Source of the DNA: an uncultured Acidimicrobiia bacterium
GTDB taxonomy: Bacteria; Actinomycetota; Acidimicrobiia; Acidimicrobiales; AC-14
Direction of reading: 5' to 3'
DNA length: 64,000 bases
Assembly: GCA_963836205.1 (NCBI GenBank)
Contig: CAWIIV010000012.1
Span: 1 to 64,000, forward strand
The first letter of the stretch is position 1; each line of letters opens with the position of its first letter. Below are positions 19,016 to 29,249 of this stretch, in pieces. Under the pieces are notes generated by a model, which ran no database searches, was not told the DNA's origin, and was given only the letters and a program-made list of their open reading frames with translations. The position numbers and the translations under genes were made by a program.

Positions 19016-19393
19016 TCAATACGAAAGGTACGGCGAACACGTCCATTGGTTCGACACTGACGGCGCCGGCACCCAGCCGACCATTCCGTAGCGCGGGCCG
19101 GTGCGGACGGTGATGCGGAACCACTTGTATTGGCCCATGGAGTAGGGGCCCCCGTTCCAGCCGTCCATCCACACTCCCGTACCGGCGTCGACCGCGTAGT
19201 ACCAGGCGTTTCCCGGCGTGGAGTTGAGATTCCTCGTCGTGTTCATGTAGGACGCAGCGCCATCGCGGGTGTTGCACGCCATGGCCGGTGCCTGGACGCC
19301 AACAGGAATCATCAGTGCCGCTGCAGCGACGACGGCTCGAAGGCTGAGGCGCCACCGACGCGAGCGTGCTCGGGAATTGCTGCTATTGGTCAT
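19016..19393 (-). CDS. Small secreted protein (SH3-like, terminal Cys pair)
   Basis: Signal peptide ending APAMA; KWFRI..GWVP pattern. Confidence 0.55.
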   Translation of the reverse strand: MTNSSNSRARSRRWRLSLRAVVAAAALMIPVGVQAPAMACNTRDGAASYMNTTRNLNSTPGNAWYYAVDAGTGVWMDGWNGGPYSMGQYKWFRITVRTGPRYGMVGWVPAPSVSNQWTCSPYLSY

Positions 19394-19575
19394 CACTGCT
19401 CTCGACTGCTTGCCGTCGAGCCACCGCGCGTTTCTCACTTGGTTCCCTTCCGTTGGACGAAGATGTGCAGCGAGTCCACGACAGCGTCGACTCATGGTCA
19501 TCCTCCGGGCCAGTCCGTGTGAAGATCGATCGCGTTGTGTGGGAATCGGTGTATGCGCCGTGGGAGACGGAGCGC

Positions 19576-20862
19576 TCAGGCGGGACAGCGCGCCTGGCCG
19601 CCGAAGGGCAGCGTCGAGATGGCGTACCCGGGCAGGTTGCCACCGATCTGGCGAGCGGCGCTACCGAGACAGTCCCACGTCCCCCCGTCCGGGATCCATA
19701 GCCGGCGTCCTTCGTCGTCGACGAACCACGCTGTAGCGTCCGCCTGGCGCAGGATGCGGCCGCGGATGGACTCCAATGTCGGCAGCTCGTCCCGAGGGTG
19801 ATCGACGAGGCTAACGACAGGGTCGCCGACGCGACCTGGAGCGACGGTGCCGACCCCGTGCTGGAATTCCTGTCGGGCGGACGCGAGCGGATTGCTCGTC
19901 GGTAGGCCAAGCTCGGGGTGTTTCCGCCACCATTCGACGAAGGGGGCGGGGACCCAGAAGTACGGCGCGTCCGACCGCTCGGCGACAAGTACGGTCCCAG
20001 TGGACAACTCAATCTCCGCGTGACCGTCCTCGAAGTCGATGACCTCGATGATGAGACCACCCATCGCCTGTGCGACGCCGCCGTCCTTCCCGCCAAGTTG
20101 GTGATAGGAGCCCCAAGCCGCCCGGTTGAGGTAGACGTCCACATCGTTGGGGGACGTCACAAGGGCGCCGTTGGGGAGGCCGTGCTGGCTCATCTCCTGC
20201 ACGACGAGCTTCTGCCAACGATAGGCGGGTCCGGTCGGGCAGCCCGCGGTCACGTCGCCGCCAGCATGGTCGAAGACGGACTGCAGCCGAGCGCTGATGC
20301 GGTCCGCAGTTGGCTCACGACTCAGGACGACATCGAGGGCGCCTACTGCTCCGGAGCAGCGCAGCGCCCGTGTCGCCGCGGGCGCACCCTGATCGTCGCG
20401 GCGGAGGACCACTGCGCCAGCGACGACGACTCCGAGGACCAGTGCGATCCGAACAAGGCGCTTGACCCTGTCTCGCGCCAAAGCGGGGTCCGTGGCTCCT
20501 GCTCCGCGCCGCGGATGCCCCACGTTCTCCGTGACGCGGGGAGTGTCCACCGGATCCGGATCTGTCCTAAGCAGGTCGGTCAGCGATACCGCGACCCGCC
20601 TCACCACGTCGTCCATCCGACTTGGTCGGACGATAGTTCCGCGGCGAAACCCGTCGTAGCCGATGCCGAAGCGGTCGGCCGCCCGCCGGCCGCGCACCGA
20701 TAGCTTCATCCAGCCCATGTCCGTGAAGGGCATAGGGAAAAGGTCATGTGCTGCTGCCCGGTAGACGGGGTCGTCGAGAGCGTTGATCGCCTGCTGAAGC
20801 GAATCCACGAGCCCGTCCCGCGTGCGCCCAGCATCCTTGAGGAGCAGGTCGAGCGTTGGCAA
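19576..20862 (-). CDS. Bitopic membrane protein with extracellular LGFP-like region
   Basis: Cytoplasmic N-domain, one TM, LGLPTSN..RQEFQHG motif. Confidence 0.55.
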   Translation of the reverse strand: MPTLDLLLKDAGRTRDGLVDSLQQAINALDDPVYRAAAHDLFPMPFTDMGWMKLSVRGRRAADRFGIGYDGFRRGTIVRPSRMDDVVRRVAVSLTDLLRTDPDPVDTPRVTENVGHPRRGAGATDPALARDRVKRLVRIALVLGVVVAGAVVLRRDDQGAPAATRALRCSGAVGALDVVLSREPTADRISARLQSVFDHAGGDVTAGCPTGPAYRWQKLVVQEMSQHGLPNGALVTSPNDVDVYLNRAAWGSYHQLGGKDGGVAQAMGGLIIEVIDFEDGHAEIELSTGTVLVAERSDAPYFWVPAPFVEWWRKHPELGLPTSNPLASARQEFQHGVGTVAPGRVGDPVVSLVDHPRDELPTLESIRGRILRQADATAWFVDDEGRRLWIPDGGTWDCLGSAARQIGGNLPGYAISTLPFGGQARCPA

Positions 20863-21429
20863 ATCGAGCGAGCGAAGTGCCGTAGGCGTCTTGCCCTCGG
20901 AGAGGACCGAGCGCAGCTCTTTCGTTACGGAGACGACCGGTTCGCCGTCGTCAGCGAGCGAGGACGTGACTCCTCCACCTCCGGCAAAGCTCTAATGCCG
21001 CGCACGGCCAACGTGCGGAGCCGCCGAGCCTGTCCATCGCGATCTCAGGCTAACCCCCTGGACAGCCGCCCGACAGTCCCCAACGCCTTCGCACGCGGAT
21101 GGTCGGTCGCCCGTGCCCGTCGGAGCGCCCCCTCGGGGCTGGCTGCACCCTTCGGAGAAGAGAACCGCCCTGATCAGCGGGGCAGCTGGCTGGGCCGGCC
21201 CGACCGCCTGTGAACAGGAGCCGGCGCCTTCGTCCGTGCGCAGGGTCCGGCTCTGGCCGCCATCGAGGAGCCACTGGAGGTGGACCGCAATGGCCAACCC
21301 ACTGCCTCCAGGCAGGGGAGGCCCCCTCTGGTCTCCCTCCCGTTCTTCGACCATTACCCCATCGGCATTCGCGTCACCGAAGCTACGACTCCCGGCCAGC
21401 AGGTCGTAGTTGCCGGACAGCTCCTCTAG

Positions 21430-21711
21430 TCAGCCCGTTCCTTCTCCGTCGTCCCCTTCGGACCGACCGTCGTCCTCGGGCGCCCTCTCGTCCTGGCCCT
21501 GCGGGTAGAGGTGAGCCAGCGATCCCGGCTCGACGCGGTGTTGCTGGATGAAGGCCTCCAGGTCGACCCGCCGGATGCGGATGACTCGGCCGAGCTTGTA
21601 CGCCGGAAGCTCGCCGCGGTCGATGAACGAGTAGAGCGTACGGAGTCCGATGCCGAGGAACCGTGCCGCGTCGGGGGACCCGGACCAGTCGCTTCCTGTC
21701 GACCTCGGCAT
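21430..21711 (-). CDS. Excisionase-like HTH (HTH_17) protein
   Basis: AARFLGIGLRTLYSFIDRGELPAYKLGRVIRIRRVDLEAF. Confidence 0.85.
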   Translation of the reverse strand: MPRSTGSDWSGSPDAARFLGIGLRTLYSFIDRGELPAYKLGRVIRIRRVDLEAFIQQHRVEPGSLAHLYPQGQDERAPEDDGRSEGDDGEGTG

Positions 21712-21933
21712 GGCCGAGATGTTATGGCGTTGATTCAGCCGTCGGACGCTGATGTCGAGGATCTGGGCGAGGACGACGGGGGACCGACGAGACCCTCGGC
21801 GAACTGAAACGCGGGCAAGATTGCCGTCGCCGGAGATGGCGCAGCCGAATTGACCAGCGAGGCCAGGGTCGCGGGTGTCGATCGTCGTCTTCTCCTGCGA
21901 TCGAGGGGCCGCCCGTCGATGGTGGGGAACGGG

Positions 21934-22596
21934 TCAGGCACGACCGAGCAGCTCCTGTGCGACACGCCGTGCCCGGGAATCGGAGCCGCGTTCGAGCAGG
22001 TCGATCGCGGCAACCTCGGGCCACGCTTTCCGTTCCCCGTGAGCAAAGGGCCAGGGGGCTCGCACGACCCGGGCGATCAAGTTGGGCTGCGCGGCGTGTT
22101 CGTCGGGCACGTATCGGTCAACCAGTCGATCGAGGACGTCAGCCGCGATGTACAGGTCGATCGGACCGCTGTCGCGGAGGTGGCCGCTGGCCCGAGCCCC
22201 GCCGACGACGACACCTTCCTCGGCGAGGAGGTCATCGATCAAGCCGGGATGCACGTACCAAGGACGCCGGTCAGCGCGGCGGCGAAGTTGGGACGCCATG
22301 TCACCGATGGATCGGGCGGCGAGGACGTCTTGCAGTCGGCTGATCTCGGCGGATGCGAGCCAGGAGACGTCACGGCGGGCAGCGAGCGCCAGCAGCGCCC
22401 AGGCGCGGGCCGCCGTCCAAGGCCGTCCGGCGCGGCGCTGCTCGTGGGCGAGCCGGTCGACGCTGTCTGGATCGACCAACCATCGACCGGAGACCTGACG
22501 TGCGTCGAGCCGTCCGACCCGAATCAGCTGGCGGACCCGTTCGAGTGAGACGTCGAGGGCTTGTGCGGCTGCGGCGACGCCGATGCGTTCCACCAC
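21934..22596 (-). CDS. HTH_17 plus AbiEi-like antitoxin domain protein
   Basis: N-terminal AAAQALDVSLERVRQLI..G.L.A..GRWLVD; C-terminal D.Y..PNL..R..VAAIDL.E..D.R. Confidence 0.6.
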   Translation of the reverse strand: MVERIGVAAAAQALDVSLERVRQLIRVGRLDARQVSGRWLVDPDSVDRLAHEQRRAGRPWTAARAWALLALAARRDVSWLASAEISRLQDVLAARSIGDMASQLRRRADRRPWYVHPGLIDDLLAEEGVVVGGARASGHLRDSGPIDLYIAADVLDRLVDRYVPDEHAAQPNLIARVVRAPWPFAHGERKAWPEVAAIDLLERGSDSRARRVAQELLGRA

Positions 22597-23089
22597 ACAA
22601 TCCTACTGCCAGACCAAGGAATAGTAGGCATCAATCCTTCTCTGTCGGACGGTAGTCGCAACTTGCGCGGCCGCTTATGACGCCCGGAGCCGGTGACCGG
22701 GTCCTCCTCATGGCGTGATGTCCGGGTCATTGCCGGCCGCCACCAGCCCCCGCGCGAAATAGCGTCCGCGGCGGAGCTCGAAGGTTTCGCCCCCGCGCCC
22801 GGCGACCCTCGGCAGAGCGAAGGCGCACTCCCTGGCACCGCGCCCGGAGCACGCCCGGTGGGGTTGTGGTGTACTGCGTCCAGCCACATGGAAAGGGGCG
22901 GGCGCTGCACCATGTGCTTGGACACGGCGTACCCGGCGGATGCAACCACCGGATCGGGTTGATTCGCCCCACGGGGGATCCTGATCGTCGGGTTGGGGCT
23001 GCGACGGCGCGGACTTTTGGAACCGTCGCTGCCGCTAACCGGACCCCGCCCCGGCATCGCACACACAGGACTGGAGAACGGGGGATGAC

Positions 23090-24691
23090 GTGGGGATGGT
23101 GACCCGCAAGGCGGCCTGGGCCGAAGGCGCTCCCGCTAATGGCTGGAGCGACGACCTGATTTGGTATGCCGCCGCCATGAACCGGATGAAGGCGTTGACA
23201 CCACGGCTCGACGACCTCCCACCGATCGCCGAAGCGTTCATACAGCAGCGCGGCCAACTGACGAACAGGCAACAGGCCGAAGCCAACTCGATCATCAAGG
23301 CCTGGTCGGACCCGCGCAGCCTCGGCTACCAGGCGCAGGTTCACGCCACGTTCATGTCACCGAGCGCGTGGCCGTCCTATCGCTCCAAGCGGGTCCTCTG
23401 GCAGGAGTGCGCGCATGGCAACTTGTTCTTCCTGCCGTGGCACCGCGCCTACCTGCTCGAGTTTGAGGCAGTGGCCCGCCAGCACGTGCGCGAGCTCGGC
23501 GGTCCCGCGGACACGTGGGCCCTTCCGTACTGGAACTCCTCGGACTACGCCGATCACCCGGCCGCGGCCGGACTGCCACTGGCCTTGCGCGGGCGATCGC
23601 TGCCCCCCGGCGTCGTGGTGCCGGGTGTGGAGGCGCGCCCCGATGGCTCCTTCCCGAATCCCCTCTACGACGCGACTCGGGAAATGACCGGCGACGCCCC
23701 TACCTGGCGGCGGGCGAACGCCGGGTTGTGGACCGACGCGTCGGACGCCTTGAGCAGGCGCCACTTCGCGACCGCACAGGACGCGCAGTCGGTGTCGTTC
23801 GGCGGCGGCTATCTCGAGGACATCACCCTGTTCCACATCGCCGACGAGCTGGGTCAGCTGGACGGGCAGCCCCACGGCACGGTGCACTCCGCAGTGAACG
23901 GCAACATGGGGCTCTTCGAGACCGCGGGCCTCGACCCGGTGTTCTGGATGCACCACGCCAACGTCGACCGGCTCTGGGAGACCTACGCCCGGGATCTCGG
24001 CCACGGCTACCCGTTCGAGGACGGCACCCCCGCCGGGCCTGCCCACGACTCCTGGTCCAGCCAGGTGTTTCGGTTTCTTCGGCCCGATGGGCGCGTCTTC
24101 GAGTGGACCGCCCCGATGGTCGTGGACCTCGCCTCGCTCGACTACCGCTACGACACGACGGCCCCGCCGAGGATCTTGCCGGTGCTGACCGATCCCCCCG
24201 GGCAGGACGACGACCCTTTCGGCCTGGCCGGGGAGGCGTACGAACCGGTCGCGGCAGCATCGGAGGTGCCTGTCGCACAGGCGATCGAGGTCGAGCTCAC
24301 GGGCGGGGAGCAGGGTCAGGACGGCTCCGGTCTCGGCTTGTCCGGGACAGGCTGGGTGTTGCGCTTCGACGGAATCAGAGCCGCTCGCCCGGCGCTCACC
24401 TCCTATCAGGTGTACCTCGGTCTTCGTGCTGCGAGCGACGCCGACCCAACCGACCGCACCCACTTCGTCGGGGTGCTGTCGCTCTTCGGGGTCTTCGAGG
24501 CCAGCTGGGACGACGGCGGATTCGCTGCGTCCGGCCAGTCACGGCGCTTCGTCGTGACCAGCCTCGTTCGCGGACTCGGCGTCGGGTTCGACCCCCTGCA
24601 CGCGGTCGTGTGGCTCGTGCCGCTGGATCCTGATCGCGACCTCGACGAGGTCGGGCTGTCCGTCGGGCGGGTCTCGCTCGACGTTCGCTAG
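23090..24691 (+). CDS. Tyrosinase (type-3 dicopper) with C-terminal shielding domain
   Basis: CuA ECAHGNLFFLPWHRAYL, LPYWN; CuB PHGTVHSAV..DPVFWMHHANVDRLW; YRY. Confidence 0.92.
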   Translation: MGMVTRKAAWAEGAPANGWSDDLIWYAAAMNRMKALTPRLDDLPPIAEAFIQQRGQLTNRQQAEANSIIKAWSDPRSLGYQAQVHATFMSPSAWPSYRSKRVLWQECAHGNLFFLPWHRAYLLEFEAVARQHVRELGGPADTWALPYWNSSDYADHPAAAGLPLALRGRSLPPGVVVPGVEARPDGSFPNPLYDATREMTGDAPTWRRANAGLWTDASDALSRRHFATAQDAQSVSFGGGYLEDITLFHIADELGQLDGQPHGTVHSAVNGNMGLFETAGLDPVFWMHHANVDRLWETYARDLGHGYPFEDGTPAGPAHDSWSSQVFRFLRPDGRVFEWTAPMVVDLASLDYRYDTTAPPRILPVLTDPPGQDDDPFGLAGEAYEPVAAASEVPVAQAIEVELTGGEQGQDGSGLGLSGTGWVLRFDGIRAARPALTSYQVYLGLRAASDADPTDRTHFVGVLSLFGVFEASWDDGGFAASGQSRRFVVTSLVRGLGVGFDPLHAVVWLVPLDPDRDLDEVGLSVGRVSLDVR

Positions 24692-24703
24692 CCCGGCTGA
24701 CTG

Positions 24704-25504
24704 ATGGCAGGCGTCCTTCGAGCCGTCCGGCCGCCGTTGGCGTGGCGGGCGTGGACTCGGGCCATGGTTCGTCCCGGGCCGGCGCGTTGGCTGTCGATCG
24801 TCGCCGGGCTTGGCTGGGGGGCGTTGATCGGCCACGCCATCGGGTTCATGGGTTTCGGCGCCGTGGCCCCCGTGATGGACGGCCACCAGATGGCGGGCGT
24901 GGACATGGCGGGTACCGACACCTCCGCCTACTCGACCCAAGGATGGGTGATGGTCGCCTGCATGTGGGCGGCGATGCTGGCGGCGACGATGCTGCCTCTG
25001 GTGGCGCCGAACGTGCGCTTCGTCGCGGCACGCAGCCCACGTCGCCGTCGAACCGCCGCCACCGCCGAGGTCGTCGCGGGCTGGGCCTTGAGCTGGGCCG
25101 CGGCCGCGGTGGCCATCGCGCTCGCATCAGGGCTGCTCGTGCACGTGCTCGGGCGGCCGCAGGCGATCGTGGTGGCATTTTCGTTGGCGGCGGTGTGGCA
25201 GCTCAGCCGTGCCAAGCGCGTGGCTGTTGCCCGCTGCCACCGCACGTTCGCCCCGCCCCTCGACGGGTGCGCACCGAGAGCCTGTCGAGGGTTCGGGCGG
25301 CGACTTGGCGCTGACTGCGTCACCAGCTGCTGGGCGCTGATGGCGGCGATGGCGGTGTGCGACCACCGACTGCTGATCGTGGCGCCGCTCGCCTGGGTGC
25401 CCTGGTTTGAGCGGCGCCGGCCGCATCATCTCCCGGGCACCGGCGTGACGCTGATCGTGCTTGCGGCCGTCGGCGTCACGGCCGCGACCACCGTCGGCTC
25501 GTGA
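24704..25504 (+). CDS. DUF2182-like metal-binding integral membrane protein
   Basis: Met/His-rich loop, MW.AM..A.MLP, WQLSRAKR....RCH, CVTSCWALM. Confidence 0.8.
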   Translation: MAGVLRAVRPPLAWRAWTRAMVRPGPARWLSIVAGLGWGALIGHAIGFMGFGAVAPVMDGHQMAGVDMAGTDTSAYSTQGWVMVACMWAAMLAATMLPLVAPNVRFVAARSPRRRRTAATAEVVAGWALSWAAAAVAIALASGLLVHVLGRPQAIVVAFSLAAVWQLSRAKRVAVARCHRTFAPPLDGCAPRACRGFGRRLGADCVTSCWALMAAMAVCDHRLLIVAPLAWVPWFERRRPHHLPGTGVTLIVLAAVGVTAATTVGS

Positions 25505-26841
25505 CCGCCTATGCGCGGTCCGGCAGCGTAGGTGAACGACGCCTTCCCCGATGTCGGCGCCTGGACATCGAACCACCACACGCCATCGGCAAGATCGTCC
25601 GTGTTGTAGAGAGGCCCGAGCCCCCGGAGCGCGCCTAGGAGGTCGGGGTCGGGGACTGCTCCTTCCGTCGTCTTGTCGTAGACGCCCTCTTTTGTGGACA
25701 GGACCGACGTGAGCGGGTGCTTCGTCCGCTCCGTTGACGTCCAGAGCCTGTAGAGGCTCTTGGGCGTGGCGTTGCGGCTGCCGTGGTGGCCGACCTTGTA
25801 GACGTCGACGTTCGCCAGCTGCCTGCGGAGGGCCTCGTCGAGGCGTCGGCCGTTCTTACCGAGAGCGCAGTCGAGGGCGTAGGACCAGTTCTCGACCTGG
25901 GCGTCGCCGGCGAGCAGGATCGATCGCTTCCCGACCGTGACCAGCAGCACGATGCTGGTGTTGTTCAGGACATCGTCGAAGCCCTCGACGATGTCGAGCA
26001 CTTGCCGTGAGCCGACCCCGTGCAGGCGGCGCAGCAGCCACTCGGCGGCGCCGACCCCACCCGGTGCCGCCACCTTGTCCAGCGCGTCGACCAGGGCGTC
26101 GGCGCTGGGCGGGGTGATCAGCGGAGCGACGTCACCGGCAGCGGCGAGGGCCAGCCAGTACTCGGCCGACGCCGACGCGTAGCTCCTCAATCCGGGGACC
26201 TGGCTGAGCGTCGGGGGACCGAGCACCTGCAGGTGGACGCCGGGCAGGAGGTCGGTGTCGAGGGTGTCGCCGGCCTTCACCCAGGCCGGCTGAGCGTCGG
26301 TCGCCCACGCCTCGAGCCGGGCGACGGCCCGCCCGTTCGGGATGCCCAGCTCGGCGAGCGCCTTGGCTCTTTTGGCAACCTTGCTCCTGTCGACGGCGAA
26401 GCGCTCCTGGACCGCTGCTGCCTCGCGGTTGACCTCGTCCAGGGTCGACATGAAGTCCTGCGATTGCTGGTCAAGGCCGAGGGCGGGATCGGCCCGCTTG
26501 CGCTCGGGTACGTCGGTCCAGGGTCGCACGATGAGTTTCGGGTGGAGCTGATCGAGGTGGCTCTCGGCCCCCGTATCTCCGAAGCCCTTCACGTGGTCCT
26601 GATGGCGGTGGGTGGCCACCACCGCGTCGAGGTGGCCGCCGCAGTGCTCGGCGATTTTGGCCGCGATGTCGGCCATCACCGGTCCGCCCTCGCGGTAGAC
26701 CCGCGAACCGAGGTCGATGAGCACGTGCCGTTCCCTTCGGCGGTCGGGAAGTCGCGACCCGTAGGTGATGGTGAGCAGGAGGGCGTCGCCGAAGCCGACC
26801 TGGTACGTGCGCAGCCGGACGCTGCTGGGCCGGGGCGCCAT
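25426..26841 (-). CDS. ComEC/Rec2-type metallo-beta-lactamase-fold hydrolase (soluble)
   Basis: VGFGDA, LIDLG, THRHQDH, NNTS, LAGDA, KVGHHGS.NAT. Confidence 0.88.
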   Translation of the reverse strand: MAPRPSSVRLRTYQVGFGDALLLTITYGSRLPDRRRERHVLIDLGSRVYREGGPVMADIAAKIAEHCGGHLDAVVATHRHQDHVKGFGDTGAESHLDQLHPKLIVRPWTDVPERKRADPALGLDQQSQDFMSTLDEVNREAAAVQERFAVDRSKVAKRAKALAELGIPNGRAVARLEAWATDAQPAWVKAGDTLDTDLLPGVHLQVLGPPTLSQVPGLRSYASASAEYWLALAAAGDVAPLITPPSADALVDALDKVAAPGGVGAAEWLLRRLHGVGSRQVLDIVEGFDDVLNNTSIVLLVTVGKRSILLAGDAQVENWSYALDCALGKNGRRLDEALRRQLANVDVYKVGHHGSRNATPKSLYRLWTSTERTKHPLTSVLSTKEGVYDKTTEGAVPDPDLLGALRGLGPLYNTDDLADGVWWFDVQAPTSGKASFTYAAGPRIGGHEPTVVAAVTPTAASTISVTPVPGR

Positions 26842-28901
26842 CAGAAACTCTCCTCCGACGGCTCGGGGTGCAGCAGTGCGAAGCGCTCGTCGGCCTGCAC
26901 GCCGTCGGTCGTTCCGTAGCCCCCATGCTGGTCATGGAGCCCCTGGGCGAACAGGCGTGCCAGGCGGAGGTCCTGGCGGCCGATATCGAGGATGGGTTTG
27001 CGTTGGTGGAGTCGGAAACGGCCGAACTGGTCGAAGACGAGGACGCCACCGCCCCACATCTCGACCACTGCATCGTCGGCCATCCCGGCCGGCTTGTGCA
27101 TTCCGGGCGGGAGGCGACCGGCGGTGGTGCGCAGCAGCTGCGAGTAGTCGGCCAGCACCTCGTTGAGCACCAGGCCGTCGGGTCCGGCCCGTGTCGTGGC
27201 CAGCACCCGGTCGACCCTGGTGGACAGGCGCACGTCGAGGCCCAGGGGTCCCGAGTTGTTCCAGATGAACTGGTACACCTCCTCGGCAGAGGTGCGCAGG
27301 GCGGCGAAGTTGAGATGCTCGTAGCGGATGTCCTGACCCGTTGCCGGCGCATCTGGGTCCTCGAGATAGTGCGCCTGGGGCCGTTCGGCGGCCTGGTCCG
27401 GGCCCGGCGCGACCAAGCCGTCTTCGTCGATGATGCGGTGCCTCGGCGCAGTGATGCCGTAGCTCTCGAAGACGTTGGCGAGCGCATCGCGGTAGTGGTG
27501 CTCGTCGTTCGGCGCAAGGCGCCGGTCGGCGGTGATCACTGAGTCGATGACGTCCGCGAACTCCAGCTCGACGGGTGGCAGATAGTCGAGCGAGCGCAGG
27601 AGCATGCCGAGCAGGTGTTGCGCCGACTTGGTGCCCTCCTCCGCCACCCGGGCGGCGTCCATGCCCCCCTCCGTGCTGAGCGCCTCCAGCCGGCCGGCCC
27701 ACATGGTGACGAAGGTCTGCATGAAGGCGGCGACGAGGACTTCGGCTCGCCGATGGGCCTCGTCGTAGCGCGGGTCGGTCAGCCAGGCCTTGCCCGGCTC
27801 GAGGTCGACGGATCGTCGCAGCGGCATCGAGCCCGGGCCGGTGTCGGCGGTGCCGGCGCGCAGGGCCTTGGCCCGACCGAGCTGGTCGGCCAGGCCGGCG
27901 AGGGGGTTGCGCCTGAGGAACGCCGCTCGACCGGCCAGGCGCGCCGCCTTCTGAGCGGCGGGGTCCGCGAGCGCCCGCGCCGCCGCGTCCGACGCGAACG
28001 TGATGCGACCGACTCCGTCGGGATCGAGGAGCCGCTGCGCGACACCCTTGAGGCCGAACACCGAGAACAGCGCGACCAGGTCGGCCAACGCCTCGTGGAA
28101 AGCCAATTGGTCCGGCAAACCCGGCTCGACGTACCGGGGCCGCAGTCCGTCGAGGATGGCGTGGGCGACCTCGTGCGCGATCACGTCATAGGAGAGCGAC
28201 GTGTGCACTGCCGGCAGGCCGGCGACGGCCGGCAACCAGCCGAAGAACACGGCCGAGTTCGTCGGCGAGTAGTACGCGTTGGCGCCGAGCCTGGCCTCCG
28301 GTATCAGGTAGAGGTGGGGCCAGCCAGACCTCCAGGGGACGCGGCGGCCGAGGTGTCTTTCGAACAGGGCGAGGGTGTACGAGGCGATGGCGAACACGTT
28401 CTGGGCCCGGAAGGCGCGGTCGCTGGCGAGGGCGGCCGACTCGGCCCCGGTCCGGTTGGCCCAGCGGTCGACGTAGGCCCAGGGGCTGCCCTCGACATGG
28501 AGCACGACGGGCTCGACAGCCCGACTCGTCGCGACGTTGACGTCCACGACGTGGAACCGATGACTGCGGGGACCTCGTTGCAGGCGGCCTGCGGGCACCG
28601 GGATCGGCGTCACGACGGTGCCCAGTCGGTCGTGGATCTCGGGGTCCTGGGCGAGGACGGTCATCGCCACCGCGTCCTGGCGCAGCAGGTTGGGGATGGG
28701 TTCCCTCCGAGCCTCGGTCTTCTTCCTACCGGAGGCGGCCTTGCGCGGATTGCGGGACGCGGGCTGGGCCGGCTTGATCTCGACGAACTCGGGGCTCATG
28801 TCGCCGGGAGGCCGCGGAGAACGAACAAGGGGCGACTGGATCTCATCAAAGCGGCCCCGGGCCTCGCTTCTGTCTGGATCTAGATCACCCCGACCCGCCA
28901 T
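26841..28901 (-). CDS. Cytoplasmic thermolysin-like (M4/M36-type gluzincin) metallopeptidase
   Basis: NAYYS, DVIAHEVAH (HExxH), AFHEALAD third ligand, DEAH; no signal peptide; start uncertain. Confidence 0.85.
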   Translation of the reverse strand: MAGRGDLDPDRSEARGRFDEIQSPLVRSPRPPGDMSPEFVEIKPAQPASRNPRKAASGRKKTEARREPIPNLLRQDAVAMTVLAQDPEIHDRLGTVVTPIPVPAGRLQRGPRSHRFHVVDVNVATSRAVEPVVLHVEGSPWAYVDRWANRTGAESAALASDRAFRAQNVFAIASYTLALFERHLGRRVPWRSGWPHLYLIPEARLGANAYYSPTNSAVFFGWLPAVAGLPAVHTSLSYDVIAHEVAHAILDGLRPRYVEPGLPDQLAFHEALADLVALFSVFGLKGVAQRLLDPDGVGRITFASDAAARALADPAAQKAARLAGRAAFLRRNPLAGLADQLGRAKALRAGTADTGPGSMPLRRSVDLEPGKAWLTDPRYDEAHRRAEVLVAAFMQTFVTMWAGRLEALSTEGGMDAARVAEEGTKSAQHLLGMLLRSLDYLPPVELEFADVIDSVITADRRLAPNDEHHYRDALANVFESYGITAPRHRIIDEDGLVAPGPDQAAERPQAHYLEDPDAPATGQDIRYEHLNFAALRTSAEEVYQFIWNNSGPLGLDVRLSTRVDRVLATTRAGPDGLVLNEVLADYSQLLRTTAGRLPPGMHKPAGMADDAVVEMWGGGVLVFDQFGRFRLHQRKPILDIGRQDLRLARLFAQGLHDQHGGYGTTDGVQADERFALLHPEPSEESF

Positions 28902-29249
28902 CGTCCGCCTCCCCGCAGAACCCACGTTACGACAGGGCATGTGGGTCGGCAAGAGTCCGTTGGCGAGGTCCTGAGCGCTCAGTCCCTGGGGAGGCGGCCC
29001 CCGTGACGCACTGGCCGCCAGCTGTCGGCTCACCCGGCCGCCGTAGATGCCGTCCCCGAGGTGCTGCTCGACGGACTGGACGGCCGTAGCATGAGCGACC
29101 GGTGGGCGACGAACCGGCGATCGATACGGCCGAGGTGGCCAGAGCGCTGCTCGACATCGCCGTGGATTTCATCGAGTTCCAGGAGGAGATGACTGGGCGC
29201 CTGGTTGCAATGCGGGCGCGTCTGATCTCTCTGGCGGAGCGGCTCGGGG

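Noticed and set aside
25426-26841. Antibiotic-resistance beta-lactamase or true ComEC
   Set aside because: Motifs are ComEC/Rec2-type, with no signal peptide and no membrane competence domain.
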